Shown: positions 38,530 to 54,977, counted from the first letter of the stretch. The stretch is 64,000 bases of DNA from Octopus vulgaris (GCA_951406725.2 OX597826.1:76942001-77006000), one strand, 5' to 3'. Numbers and translations: made by a program. The notes: generated by a model from the letters alone, not told the origin.

Positions 38530-39517
38530 CAGCTGTTCGTTACGTTTTTAAGGTACGTAGCGTTGTATTTGATCTAATATTTTATTTTAATTCTTTAAAC
38601 TGGAAAGGAGTAATTTGAAGGAATGACTGCATAGAGACCCCCTCGTGAATGGAAAGCGTATTTAATAAGCTCACCCTCATTTCTCATTTAAAACTTTTAT
38701 AACATTTGGTTCTTCGTATCTAATAGTAATAGTTACTACAACAATGATGTTGTTTCGGCGGAAAGAGGGACAATGTGTAGGCGATTTAATCAATTACAGG
38801 ATAATATTGGCACAAATCTTATGGCACCCAGAAAAATTGGCGTCACACTTGGCCTAAATCTGGATATGAATGAATATTAGGATTTTCGGGGTTGATAAAA
38901 TTTAGTAAAAGTAAAATGGATTGGCAGAAATATTATAGCATTTGGATAAAATGCTTTGTTGCATTTAATCCGACTCTTTACTTTTTGTATTGAAATCCCG
39001 CAGAGGCTAACTTTGGTTTTTAAGTTTACGTTGTTGTCGATAAAATTAGGCAACAATCTCAGGTTTATGGATTTGCATAATGGTAAGCGCTTGGGAGGAA
39101 ATGCCTGGCGCAGTTTATTCGGGGAATGTTCATTCTGAGTTTCGAAACAGATGTGACAAACTTCCCTTTTTCAAACCGATATCACAGTGTCTGACAAAGC
39201 AATACCTGAAGGCATGCGAAATACAATCACCTTTGTATTTTCCCAAGATAATTCCATAAAAAAACGCATATAGCGTTCATCAAAGAATTCAGCAGAGATC
39301 GTTTGTCGACTTGAGGGTTTTGGTACTAAGGAAAGAAATATATACCACAAGGCATAATTACATTCGCCTTACTGATAGTCCACGGGGTTTTTCCCCCATT
39401 TTTTAAATTTTATATATTTATTATATTTTTTATTGATAAGTGTTCAGATATAACTAATGAGCGATATTCACCACGTAATAAATACGAACGAAAGCCAATT
39501 CATTCTGCTGCGGCTCT

Positions 39518-39552
<35 letters not shown>

Positions 39553-40025
39553 TTCACTCTGCTTTCTTCGGGGTTTAATCAATCGATCGATTGCTCCTTT
39601 TGTCTACATATCAAATCAATATTTAGATTACGCTAAAAAATATATACATATGCAATCAAAAACAAACCATTTGTTAGCAAATATGTTTTAACGAGTGTTT
39701 GGTGGTTGCGTGAGGGCGATGGGGAGGAGGAAGAGGCGATCAGTCATAAATGTCAAACCGTTCCACCGATCAATGCAGCGCGTTTTAGAAAAAGATGTAA
39801 TCAATGGCTTACCACCATCATTGTTTTGATATTTCAACTTTTTTCTTTCCCTTTTTTCAGTCGTTTTGTGTAGAATTTTGCGAGTTATATTCAACAAAAA
39901 TATAATGTGCGCGTGTGCTTATCTAGGATATTATAATGTGTATATATACGTATGTGTGAGTGTGTGTGCGTATAAATATATGTGTATATACACGTCTCGC
40001 ATTTATGTGCTTACTTCGGTGTCAT

Positions 40026-40077
<52 letters not shown>

Positions 40078-40188
40078 GCACGCACGCGTATTTATTTATG
40101 TATGTATGTATCTGTATGTATGTATATATATATATATACACACGCATGCACGCGTATTTATGTATGTACGTAAGCATGTATGAATGTA

Positions 40189-40257
<69 letters not shown>

Positions 40258-40311
40258 ATACATACATATATATATATACATACATATATATATATACATA
40301 TATATATATAC

Positions 40312-40372
<61 letters not shown>

Positions 40373-41416
40373 TATATGAATTCAAACTATCGCTAATCGA
40401 AATTAAAATAAGCACATGTATGAGAAGCACTAATATAACAACACCAACGACAACAACAACAATAGCAACAAAGATAATCCGCATTTCTGACATAGGCACG
40501 AGGCCAGAAATTTGATGAGACGGGGAAAGCGATTAACTCGACTCCAGTAATCGGGTGGTGCATAATTTTATCGACCCCAGGGAAGAATGAAATATAAATT
40601 TGATCTTGATGTCATTTGAGCTGAGAACAAGAGAGGCCGTAAGTAAATAGCTTTGTAGGATCTTAATCTTGGCGGTCTACTCTCTCTCTGCTATTTCAAT
40701 GCCCTTATTGGTGGTAACCCCCTATAACGAGCCAAAAAGGGAACATCCATGTATCAGCCGGCATGCTAGAAATGCCAGCTAAATCGTACTGCTATCAAAC
40801 CTCCACGAGGAAGAAAGAAGACGAAGTTTGATGTGAAGCTCTGAATCGCTTCATGTAACGGGATTTTCACGGAGATTAAGGACCCAGGCCCTGCCTAATT
40901 CGACCTCGTCTCAGATTAAACAGCCAGAGCGCCATACGTTGTCCTAAAAATTGTAATACTTGTGATAATAGGAGGAGAGGTTTACAATAAAATAAGTACC
41001 AATATATACATAATACTTCTTTTACTCACACCAGAAATATAACAAGTTGAGTGAAAAACATGAAAAGTAATTTAAAACGAGCGGCAAAGCGTTTTTTTTT
41101 TTTATGGCCGGGGGAGATTTCTGTTTCTCAATTGATTCTGCGTTACGGCTACTTAATAACAGAGTTCTTTCGTTGTATCCCTCATATGGAACAACAACAC
41201 TCATATATTTCAATCGAACAGGAATAAATGTCTCCAATTCACTTGAGGGGTGTGTGTGTGTGTGTGTAAAAGTTTTTGTCTAGGTAATTATACACACCAA
41301 TACACATATACACTTGTGTGTCTGCGTGGGGTGGTGGGAAATACACATACTTTTACAATGTATATGATTAAAAGTACAAGTGTGCGGGTGTAGACATGCT
41401 AATATATACATATTAA

Positions 41417-41654
41417 AGGGCGGCGAGAGCTGGCAGAAACGTTAGCACGCCGGGCGAAATGCTTAGCCGTATTTCGTCTGCCGTTAAGTGTTCTGGGTTC
41501 AAAATCCGCCGAGGTCGACTTTGCCTTTCATCCTTTCGGGGTCGATAAATTAAGTACCAGTTACGCACTGGGGTCGATGTAATCGACTTAATCCCTTTGT
41601 CTGTCCTTGTTCGTCCCTTCTATGTTTAGCCCCTTGTGGGCAGTAAAGAAATAA
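41417..41654 (+). mobile_element. SINE family A (tail type 1), full length
   Basis: Same head, body and tail as the 36581 copy. Confidence 0.92.
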
Positions 41655-41732
41655 ATATATACATATTAAAAACATATTAAACATATACAAGCATACATAT
41701 GTACACATGCATATATATTTGTGATTGAGAAA

Positions 41733-41778
<46 letters not shown>

Positions 41779-41895
41779 AAATATATATGTATGCGTGTAT
41801 ATATATATTTATATATATTATACATATATATATGTATATATAAATATATATACATATATAAATATATATATATATGTATATATAAATATATATAC

Positions 41896-41928
<33 letters not shown>

Positions 41929-41959
41929 CCTCTGTATCAAACTATAAGTATATATATGC

Positions 41960-42025
<66 letters not shown>

Positions 42026-42047
42026 GTATGTTTGTATGTATGTATGT

Positions 42048-42584
42048 GTCAGGTCACTTTCGAGTGCTACTGGTAACTTGTAACCCAGTACAACCTGTTG
42101 CATGGTCGGGTCGTAGGCGACTAAACCGGCAACCCCACCAAGCTCGCTTGGTGAGGAGGGTGTTTATTGGTCACCCTGCGGGATGAAAAACAAAACCCGT
42201 CAAAGGGCGGAGGAACTCTTGAGAGTCAACGGCCATCCAATACATGTCTTAAGGCTGTATCATGCACGAGGACATAGAAATAATCGGACTAAATACCCGA
42301 TCGTGCGGTTAAACCATTGGGAGTGAAGGGTTCCTAGCCTTTGTTAGGGCATCCTTCTAGGAGAAGGTAACTCAGGTAACTGGGATAACTCCGACATAAA
42401 ACCTGAGGCTCAGTGGTTACCGATGATGTTGACTTGTTCTTCTTTTCGGATTATGGCTGGTGTTACTCAGTGCACAGCCTTTCCTCACTTAGAAAAAAAA
42501 ATCTTCTTGCACAGGCATTGCACGATAACAACATTGATTAAGCTTCGTGCAATGGCCATACTCGATAACGAGGGGGCAGCCACC
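42048..42584 (+). mobile_element. Short non-coding RTE-derived (bipartite 5'UTR + 3' end) element in (TATG)n
   Basis: RTE-5'UTR-like motifs ggtcgtaggcgactaaa (42109-42125) and agggcatccttctaggagaaggtaactc, then 3' end ccatactcgataacgagggggcagccacc followed by (atgt)n. No ORF. Confidence 0.55.
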
Positions 42585-42776
42585 ATGTATGCATGTATGT
42601 ATGTATGTATGTATGTATGTATGTATGTATGTATGTATGTATGTATGTATGTGTCTATGCATAAAGTTTGTTTAGCTAATTTCAACTTCGTGGCTTTTCC
42701 ACTGATTGTTGTTCATGTACATGACTCCATTTCTTATATTTGGCCCACTAAAACTATACCCCAGTCTATCTGTCTG

Positions 42777-42809
<33 letters not shown>

Positions 42810-42824
42810 TTATCCATCTATCTA

Positions 42825-42866
<42 letters not shown>

Positions 42867-42869
42867 TAC

Positions 42870-42900
<31 letters not shown>

Positions 42901-42945
42901 CATGTATATATATATCTTTATATATATATATACATATATATATAT

Positions 42946-43000
<55 letters not shown>

Positions 43001-43473
43001 TACATATATATATACACATATATATATACACATATATATATACACACACATATATATATACATATATACATATATATATATTTATATACATATATACATA
43101 TACATATATATATATATACATATTATAATATGTATATATTATAATATACATATTATTTAGAACAAATACTACTACTACTACTACTATTGGTATTACGACT
43201 GCTACTGTTGTTGCTGTTATTACAGGTTTGTATATTTGTACTTATCTGACATGTTTGATTCAACTAATCAACACATTTAGATGTGTGCGTGTGTGCATAG
43301 AGGAGGACAAATATAGGAATGTGTATATGTGTGCAGGTACATATACATATATGTATATGTATGTATATGTATATATATGTATATGTATATATATATGTAT
43401 ATACATATATACATATGTATATATATATATATATGTATATATATATGTATATGTCTCTATGTATATATATATG

Positions 43474-43504
<31 letters not shown>

Positions 43505-44066
43505 ATAAATATATGTATATATAAATATACAAATATATATATATAAATCTATGTGTGTATATATAAATACATATATATATATATAAATATATGCGTGTAC
43601 ATATAAATATATAAATACATATATATATATATAAATATATGCGTGTACATATAAATATATATATATGTATATACGTATATACGCACTATATATTTGTTTT
43701 CACTCGTTTATTTCTGTTCTTATCCTAAAACATGTCCGTTGTCCACAAAACATTCCTCACACATCTGTGACCTCCTCAGCGATTCTTTCCGTCTTTGTGA
43801 GTGCCCTTGCCCTGCTTATTCCATTCTTTGCTGTTTCCGGACAATGGACATGAGTCAGGATAAGAGCAATACTAACCGAGTAGAGAAGGAATATATAGTG
43901 TGGTCGTTTATTTAGCAAAACGAAAAATAATAACATGACCATCCCAAAATGCAAAAATATCCGTTTCAACGCACGACTTCACATCAAGAATCTTTTGACG
44001 CGTAGTCATGAATTGATATAGATACCTATATATACATACATACATACATACATATATATATATGTG

Positions 44067-44179
<113 letters not shown>

Positions 44180-44191
44180 ATACATACATAT

Positions 44192-44229
<38 letters not shown>

Positions 44230-44408
44230 TGTAGATAGAGTTATAATCCAAGTTTTTAATCTTGTACCTGGCGAATTGCCAAAAGGTGGTCTGTAATTTT
44301 TTCTTCTTTCTACATATTTACCGATGCAACTCCTTTTTGGCGAAGAAACATGTGTAATATAGAAGAAATAAAACCAAAATTTTCCAGTTTAATACATATA
44401 TACATACA

Positions 44409-44479
<71 letters not shown>

Positions 44480-44786
44480 TCCTTAAATATTGTCCCGGTC
44501 CATTACTCGAGTCAATCCATCTCTTTCACTGTCACACACTTATCCTTCTTATATATACGTTTATATATATATATATATATATACATAGATAGATACATAT
44601 ATATACATATCTATATACATATAGATGTGTATAAATATATATACATCTATATGTATACATTATATACAAATACATGTATATATATAGACATATATATACA
44701 CATGCATCTATAAATATATACAAATAAATATACATCTATACACACGCACACACACATATATATATATATATAAATATATATATATA

Positions 44787-44907
44787 CACTAATCCCTCGC
44801 CATATCGCGGGCTTGTGCCGCCGATAGGTATCTGTACTTCTTCAGATTTTAATTATTTATGTGAGAGGATTTGGAATCTAACACCCGCGATAGTCGAGGG
44901 ATTACTG
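44787..44907. mobile_element. pogo/Tigger-like MITE, short copy
   Basis: TA|cactaatccctcgccatatcgcg ... cgcgatagtcgagggattactg|TA. Confidence 0.75.
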
Positions 44908-44929
44908 TATATATAATTATTTGCGTATG

Positions 44930-44965
<36 letters not shown>

Positions 44966-45015
44966 AACACATATATATCTATGTTTGTATAAGCATTTAT
45001 ATGTATATATGTATG

Positions 45016-45186
<171 letters not shown>

Positions 45187-45442
45187 TTTTGACTTTAAGA
45201 GTCCCTCCTAGCGTGAGGCATTTATGTATAGTAATGCCCTTAATAGGAATAAAAATATTTATATGAAATAATTAATAGATTTTTCATTTATAAGGTTTTT
45301 CACGCTAACTACTTGTTAAATTCTTATAAGGATTTTATCCTATATTTAAATTGTAAAAATATATATATATATGTATATATTTCAGTCTCATTCTGAGATT
45401 TAATTATGCTATATATATTTATATATATATATATGTGTGTGT

Positions 45443-45508
<66 letters not shown>

Positions 45509-45765
45509 TATATCATATATATATACATCGAAGCCTTTTATGCCATTCAATGGAAGCGCTATACCATTTCTGAAAACTGCAATCATTACGTAACATTTGT
45601 GTGCAGTAAAAAAAATAGACTTGTACCGAAACACCTGTTACCCGTCACCGAAGATACTAAACTCTTTGTTTTTCTTTTTAGGTATAACTTTGTGTGTGCG
45701 TTTGAATGTGTGTTTGTGTGTGTGTACGCTCGTGCATGAAGGGATGTAGGGAATCATAGAGAGAG

Positions 45766-45826
<61 letters not shown>

Positions 45827-46074
45827 ATGCGTATGGATGCGAGTGCAGACTGGCCGAATTCTGGAACAGTTCACATCCGAAAGGTCCCTCCCCCTCTACC
45901 TCCAGCCCCGTCTGATTCCGAAGCTTGGCATCTTAGGCAAGTGTACTTTGCCAGTGGCTCCGATCGACAGACACGTTAAGTGATTTGTTTGATGCATGTG
46001 GTGCGGAAAGGCAATGCCCCCCACTCCATTCATCCTACATACACACTACACATGTATGCATGCAAACATGTGTG

Positions 46075-46447
46075 TTAAGAAGCCTGATTCTCAACCACAT
46101 GGTTCCGGGTCCAGTCCCACTGCGTGGTACTTTGGACATGTGGTTGCTGCTATAGCCTCGGACCTTATGAGTGGATTTGGTTGACGGAAACTGAAAGAAG
46201 CCCTTTACAAGCACGCACAGAGTTTATATTCTATTATTTTTTATTTGTTTCAGTCATTTGACTGTGGCGATGCTGGAGCACCGCCTTTAGTCGAGCAAAT
46301 CGTCTCCAGGGATTATTCTTTGTAAGCCTAGTACTTGCTCTATCGGTCTTTTATTGCCGAAACGCTAAGTGACGGGGACGTAAACATACCAACAAGAGGT
46401 GGGTGGATAAACACAGACACACAAACATATGCATACATACATACATG

Positions 46448-46485
<38 letters not shown>

Positions 46486-46650
46486 CTACGGGCTTCTTTC
46501 AGTTTCCGTCCACCAATTTCACTCAGAAGGCTTTGATCGGCCCCCGAGGTTATAGGGTTATAGTAGAAGACACATGCCGAAGTTGCCACGCAATGGGATT
46601 GAACCCGGAAACATGTGGTTGGTTAGCATGCTGCTTACCACACAGCTACT
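46075..46650. mobile_element. SINE family B: 5' fragment (46075-46203, +) followed by a full copy (46235-46650, -)
   Basis: Both segments match family B in opposite orientations. Confidence 0.85.
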
Positions 46651-46664
46651 CGCACCATTCATAA

Positions 46665-47118
<454 letters not shown>

Positions 47119-47878
47119 GGTGTGTGTCTATGTATCTATCTACGTATCTACATACATACATACATGCATGCATACATACATACATGCATGCATACATACA
47201 TACATACATACATACATACATACATACATACATACATACATGCATGCATACATACATACATATATACATACATGCATACATACACACACATACATACATA
47301 CATACATACATACATACATACATACATACATACATACATGCATGGACATATATGTATACATGCTTATGTGTATGCATATATGTTTTGTGCAGTGAGTGTA
47401 TGCGGATTCGCGCTTACTTGGAAAAATTCGTGTTGGGTGGGACATGAATTAATTGCAGTTCACTCATTAAAATTTACTCTCCCGTTTAAGCTCCCCTGTC
47501 CGTAACTCTTCCGAAATTGTTCTTAAAAAGAAAGAGCAACTTGGAAAAAAATGTTAAAAATTGCGACTTCATTTTACAAACGGCAAGAAATACGGAAGAG
47601 ACGAGCATAGCCGATTAAACTGGCGATCAGAAATATATGTTCAACTCGTGTGTTTACATAATTCCATGCATGTTTGTATGCATGCACTCTTCTATGCATA
47701 CCTATAGCTATGCATACACGTATATATTTATATATGCAAGTGTTTAAGCATGTATAATGGAGTGTCTATTTCTGCGTACGTATGTGTGGAATTGTTTATT
47801 CGATGTAGATTGGGTTAGGCGTGCTTCGTAATTCGGCGGGAAATTCGTAACGTAACATGTCTGGAGTCTGCGAGCAAA

Positions 47879-48005
<127 letters not shown>

Positions 48006-48083
48006 GTGGCAAATAGCTTTCGCGGTGTTTTAGTTATTTTCTTTCTCACTTCTTTTTCTTTCCTCCTCCTTCTTCGCTTTCTA

Positions 48084-48146
<63 letters not shown>

Positions 48147-48299
48147 GCATAGCTATAGATATGTACATATGTACACACAAACACACACACACACATATAT
48201 ATATATAAATAAATACATTTACAGACACATACATGTATATATATATATGTTTTTTTTATCTAGTTTCAGCTCACAAGCTGTGGCCATGCTGGGGCACCA

Positions 48300-48405
<106 letters not shown>

Positions 48406-48489
48406 ATATATATGTATATATATATATGCATATATATATGTGTGTGTATATATATATATATTCAGTTTTTTATATCCCTCCTTTCTCTT

Positions 48490-48528
<39 letters not shown>

Positions 48529-50100
48529 TATTTTCACCTTCACGAAAGCATTAGCAGCACAGATTCTGTGGTAGCCACTCACAACTGGTCACAACTTCAC
48601 GCTTCGTCCACTACATAATGCCGGCTGCCATTGCCACTTCCTGCCAGCTGAGTGACCGTCCAAGCTGTCGCTGTTGTTCTTTTAGCCCAGGGCTGACCCT
48701 AATCGAGTAGCCATATAATTAAAATCATTCAAGCGATAAACATCCAGTCTATTTTTCCTTTATCACTTTTATTGTTTCTAGCCCATCCCTGTGCCCTTCT
48801 GCCAACCCCTTATTCTAAAAAAAGACAACATGGGTGTATAGCGATTTCGAGGAGATTTTACTGTTATTTCTAGCATGATGTGTGACTGCGTAGAGCCTCC
48901 TTCATTAGTTTGTTTCGGTGTTGGGATTTCGATGTGGTGCAATACTAAATTTGTATGGATGTATGTATATATGCCTGTATATATATGCATGTATGTGTGA
49001 ATGCATATATGAATTCATGTGTGTGGGTGCGTGCGCACGCGTTCACACGCGCGTATGTGTATGTGTGCTCCGGTGGACATGTGGTTGAGATGGCCGCCGA
49101 AGTTCCAGTCAAACTTTCAAATTCTTTTAACATAACATAAATGTTTATTTTGCTTTTATAATTTACCAATTTAATATAAAAAAAAACATTACACGATACA
49201 TTCCTAGTACTTATTCACATTCTTTCTTTCTTTCTTTTAATTTTTTTTTTTCCACTTTTTCTCTTTTTTTTTTGGTTCATATATTTTTTAATTATCATCA
49301 TTATTATATTCTTTTTTTTTTTTTTTGTTGATTAATCAATAAATACAAGTCAATATTGCTAATATACCTACCGATGGTGTTGTTGACATGCATCGCATTC
49401 GATCCGAGTTTCTATAGGATGACGAGTAAGGATGGTGACTTGTGGTGAACGACGAGGTTTGTTGAGACTGGGTTGTAAAATGAGAGAAATTTGGTTGAAA
49501 GATAACAGGTCCCTGATATTGGTGCGGTGTTGTTGTTGTTGTTGTTGTTGATCTTATACTATTCATAACTGTGTGCCTACCAAGTGTGGTGCGATGCTAG
49601 TGGTGGAGGGATGTGCTGCTATGCTGTCTACTTTGCTATTCTATAAAATGGTAGATTCTTGTGCAATGTGGTGTAATGTTTTGCAGTGTAGTATTCTGTG
49701 GTATTGTGATGTGTGGGGCATTTTCCACAGTATTCCTGCCTGGTATTGCAGTCTGAGATGGTGTGAGGTGTTACTATCTACGTTAGTATGGTGTATTACA
49801 TTGCGGTATGACCTATGTTGTATGGTATAGCGAAGTGCATTGTAGTATGATGTGGTGCAATGAGTTCTAAGTTAGTAAAGAGTTGTTTAGTAGGTTTTTT
49901 AGAAGAGATTAGAGTGGTGAGAGGGTAGGACGTGCAGGCCACCTTACTGATGCGACGTAGAAACGAACGGGTGTATATATTGAAGAGTTTGTTTACTATC
50001 AGTACGATTGAATGGTGTGTGTGAATGAAAGTGCGTAGCGAACAAATCATCAATGCGCGCGTATGTTCTCTCACACACAGACACAGACACACACACACAC

Positions 50101-50141
<41 letters not shown>

Positions 50142-50212
50142 ATATATTATATATATTATATATACACGCATACATATATATGTACAATGTATATATATAT
50201 ATTATATTATAT

Positions 50213-50261
<49 letters not shown>

Positions 50262-50480
50262 ATGTATGTATGTATGTATGTATGTATGTATGTATGTTTG
50301 TGTGTGTGTACGTATATACAATATATATATACGCAGATAGACGATAGACAGAGTGAAAGATTAAATTGAACAAGAATTGGGGCTGATTTTGGGGGAGCAT
50401 AAACAAGCGCAACTGTGAGAGACAAAAGTGTGTGTGTATATATATATTTGTATGTACGTATACACATTCATACATATACG

Positions 50481-50517
<37 letters not shown>

Positions 50518-50542
50518 GTTTGTGTGTGTGTAAGCATGAATG

Positions 50543-50574
<32 letters not shown>

Positions 50575-50729
50575 AACATTTATATAGGTGTGTGTGTATG
50601 TACATATGTTGGTATGTACATATACGTATGTATATATGCATATATTTATATATTATTTATATTATTATATGATCGAACGCCACTCATCCATTTCCAAGTT
50701 ATATATGTGTGTGTGTGTGTGCGCGTATT

Positions 50730-50777
<48 letters not shown>

Positions 50778-51055
50778 CATGTATATACATTCATGCACAC
50801 ACACACACACGTGTGTGTGTATGTATGTAGTGGAGGTCCCTTTTCCCTGTATATTTATCTCACATAAACATTGATGATAGCGCAATAAATAATTTGTAAA
50901 CAATTGTCGAACATTCACCGTGGATACATCCGTTCACCAGACGGATACGTGGTTTACGGATTTCTTGTATGTCAAACCACCACAAATACGTGTACGACTG
51001 CACGTACACGTTATCACAGACACACACTTACATACACACACACACACTCACATAG

Positions 51056-51090
<35 letters not shown>

Positions 51091-51745
51091 CAAATATGTA
51101 CCCATAACTACAGACATTGGCATATATATTGATATGATATGTAAGATAAAAGAGATGTGTGTGTGTGTGTGGATGTGTGGATGTGTGAATGGAATTCCAG
51201 AGAGAAGTCAGGAAAGGGTAATGACCTGAGAACGGAGGGAGGGAAGAGGGGTGGGGGGAAACCGTGAATGAGAGCAACAGGAGGAACGAGGTTTGAAAGA
51301 AGATCTTTGGAAGAAGAACAATCATAAGTAAATATATAGATAGAGAAAGGGAGAGAAAGAAAGACACAGAGATAAACAAACAAATAGATAGACACAGACA
51401 GACAGACAGACAGGCAGGTGGACGGACGGACGGACGGACGGACGGACGGACGGACGGATGGCTAGATAGATATTATAGATATCTACCGAGAAAAGGAAAG
51501 AGCAAATGCCAGGCCAGATTGTGAAAGGGAGACAGAAAAATTTCGAGAGAAGATATATGTGAGAGAAAGAGGGGGAGAGAGTGGGCAGAGAGGCTGGAGG
51601 AAGAAAGTGGGGAGGGATATTGAGGGAGGGAGGGAGTGGGCGGTGAAAGTGATTGGCTGATGGTAGGAGTCAAAAGGGCAAAAGAGAAATAGAAATGAAA
51701 GTGAGATTAAACGAAAGTGAAAGTAGAAAGTGAAATAGAGAGATA

Positions 51746-51777
<32 letters not shown>

Positions 51778-54395
51778 AAGGGGTGTGTGTTAGAGAAACA
51801 GAAAGAGAAGGGCGAAAGTGAAAGTAAAGTCTTATGGGGTATAAATGCGGGAAAAGTGAAAGAAGAAGAAGAAAAGAGTAAGTGAAAAGAAAAAGACAAA
51901 AAACAGAAAGAATACAAAGTAATGTATGATCAGAAATGGAAAGAAACAAAAAGAGTGAAGTGGACGTATTAAGAAGAAGGAGAAAAAGAAAGTGGGGCAG
52001 GGAAGAAGACAAAATATGGGTGGGGAGTGAGAAGAGATGAACCTGTAGTGTGAAAATAGCCAAAAAGGGAAAATAATGAATTGAAAAAGAGGCGCAAAAA
52101 GCCACAGATGATTATTAGACAATTGGTTATTAGACAGAATCAAGTACTTGACTGGTGCGTTTTCTGGGTTTTTTTTTTTTTTTTGCTTTTATCGCCATCT
52201 GTTGCAAAAAAAAATTGCCTAGTTGACCTTATATTTGAATTGAGACGGTAAATGAACTTAAGTAAATACCGGAAGTAATTTTTTTTTCAGCTCTCTTATA
52301 GTTCTTATTACTTATTCTATCGATCGTGGAACGATACGGGAAACGCAAAATCGACCTCATTGTGAAGCTCAAAATGGTGAACGGTGGGAAAAGTTGAAAT
52401 CTATCAAAGCTACCAGATTGCAATACTTTTCGCAGTTGAACCCTGCTGTTCTATACCGGTAAATTAGACTTCTTGCTTCTTTAAAATTTTAATTTCCAAC
52501 GCTAAGAATTTTAATTAATATGATATTAATTTATCAACTGAGTTAGACTCAACATTAGAAAGTTTATGAAACTAATCTGAAATCCTTGAAGTTTAATTCA
52601 GTTGGGGTTCGATCGAGGAAAAATACAAGTATTTCTAGATTAGCCAAATTAATACAAACTCTTTTGCAAGGGAACAATCGATTATGTCAGCACCAATATT
52701 GAACTGGTGCTTATTTGTTAAAGATCTCAAGATGACGAACAAGAACGAAAAGAATTGACTGTGCAACTATTTGAAGACTATGAGAAAACGTGCTAAACAC
52801 ACGGTACGATGCTGTTCCTAAGAATAATGGTCTCTAACAAAAGAACAATGTCAAACATTTGTGATGAGAAGTAGCCGATAATGCTATCGACTTAAAAAAT
52901 TTCCCTGGTACTTTAATTTACCGAACTCGAATATATGGAAGCGGAATATGAACTCAGATAACAAAGAGACGGAACAAGCATCACAATACAGATTTAACGA
53001 ATCTGAAAACACTGTGAAACAATTTTTATTTTGTTTTATCTTTGTTTTCTGTCTTTGGTCTGTAAGTGTTGTTTCTTATTTGTTTCTATCTACAAATTAA
53101 AGGAAATGACAACCATTCTCTTCAAATTTTGCTTTTGTGTCCTGGACATCAATGGTTTGAAACTGACCTTTTTCCCATTACATTTCAGACAGATTCAGCG
53201 CTGAGTTGCTGAAGCAGAAATATTGTTATAGCAAATATTCTGCTCAATACCACAGATTTGCTTGCCAGTTGATTGACCATAATCAGTTGACCATGTCCCT
53301 TAGTGGCTGACGATAAGAGCATCTCTGATCATGAGTAAGTGTAATTAGGGAGTATCACAGCCAAGAGTTGAGAGAGGATTCTTTGGGGTTTAAATAAACG
53401 TAACAGAAGCAAAATTTGAATGAAATATTAGCCATTGTTCATCCCTTCTAGGATTAAACAAATAGGAGATAACAGATGATACCAAAGGACGTAAATCGCA
53501 TTACATAGGATAATCCACCGGCCAAAATTATTCTAAAAACAATCCTTTCTACCGTAGGTTCAAGGGCTGGAGCCTTTACGAGAGGAGGTTTGGTGATTAC
53601 ATCAGCCCTAATATTTGACTGGTACTTATTTTATCGACTCCAAAAGGACGAAAGGCAAAATCTACCTTGGTGGAATTTGAAATGGTTCTAAAAATAATAA
53701 TAAATAAGAATGGTTCATAACATAAAGAGAGGCTGGATGGAATAAAAGAGTGATTAAGAAGAACCGAGAGATAATCGAAAAATGGCTAATGGTTTAGGGA
53801 GAGAGAGAGAGAGAGATGGAGACAGAGAGAGAGAGAGATGGAGACAGAGAGAGACAAATAGATGGAAGGAGAGACAGGCAGACAGATAGATACAGATAGA
53901 GAGAGAGATAAATGGCGGGAGAGAGAAGTGGGGTGAGGATAAAAGAAAAATTGAACTAAAGGACGTTTTGAAGGAGAGAATGTGAAAAATAATTAAGAAA
54001 TTTGAATGGAATAAAAAAAGTAGAAGCGGCAGAGAACGAATGGAGAATCGAAGAAAAAACACTAAAGGAAGGTGGAAGTAAGAAAGGACGAAAGAATAGA
54101 AATGGAAAGGCAGGAAGGGGGGGAAGAATAAAAAGAAAGAGAATCTAAAAGAGTTGTGAACATGTGTGTGGGGGGGGGGGGTGCGAGCTTAAAAATCGTC
54201 GAGAAAGAAGAATCAGTAAGATATTCGGAGGGACGTAACATTTGAAATCTCTGCTTCGCATTTTCCCGAGACAGACACAGCAGCTGAAGAATGTTACCTG
54301 CGGGCCATTTTCCAGATATCCAGGTGCCCGAACATTCCTGGCATTCACATGAGCAAGCACTACGAGCAACACATTCCTACTAAAAATATTTTTAG

Positions 54396-54488
<93 letters not shown>

Positions 54489-54539
54489 TACACACATATA
54501 TATATACATACATACATATATACATATATATATATATAC

Positions 54540-54618
<79 letters not shown>

Positions 54619-54715
54619 CATACATATGTATATATACATATATATACATACATATATATATACATATATATACATACATATATATATATATATACATACA
54701 TACATACATACATAT

Positions 54716-54780
<65 letters not shown>

Positions 54781-54977
54781 TGTATTATATACATATATAA
54801 ATACTATGAACTCATATTCCAGGCACATTCAGATATATGGATTGGAAAATATACACGGGAGAGCAATGCACACACACAGACAAACACACATAAATATACG
54901 CATGTGCATATATTTTCACATGAATACATACGAAAAAAACACAAATATATATGTGTGTATATACAGGTATATACATA

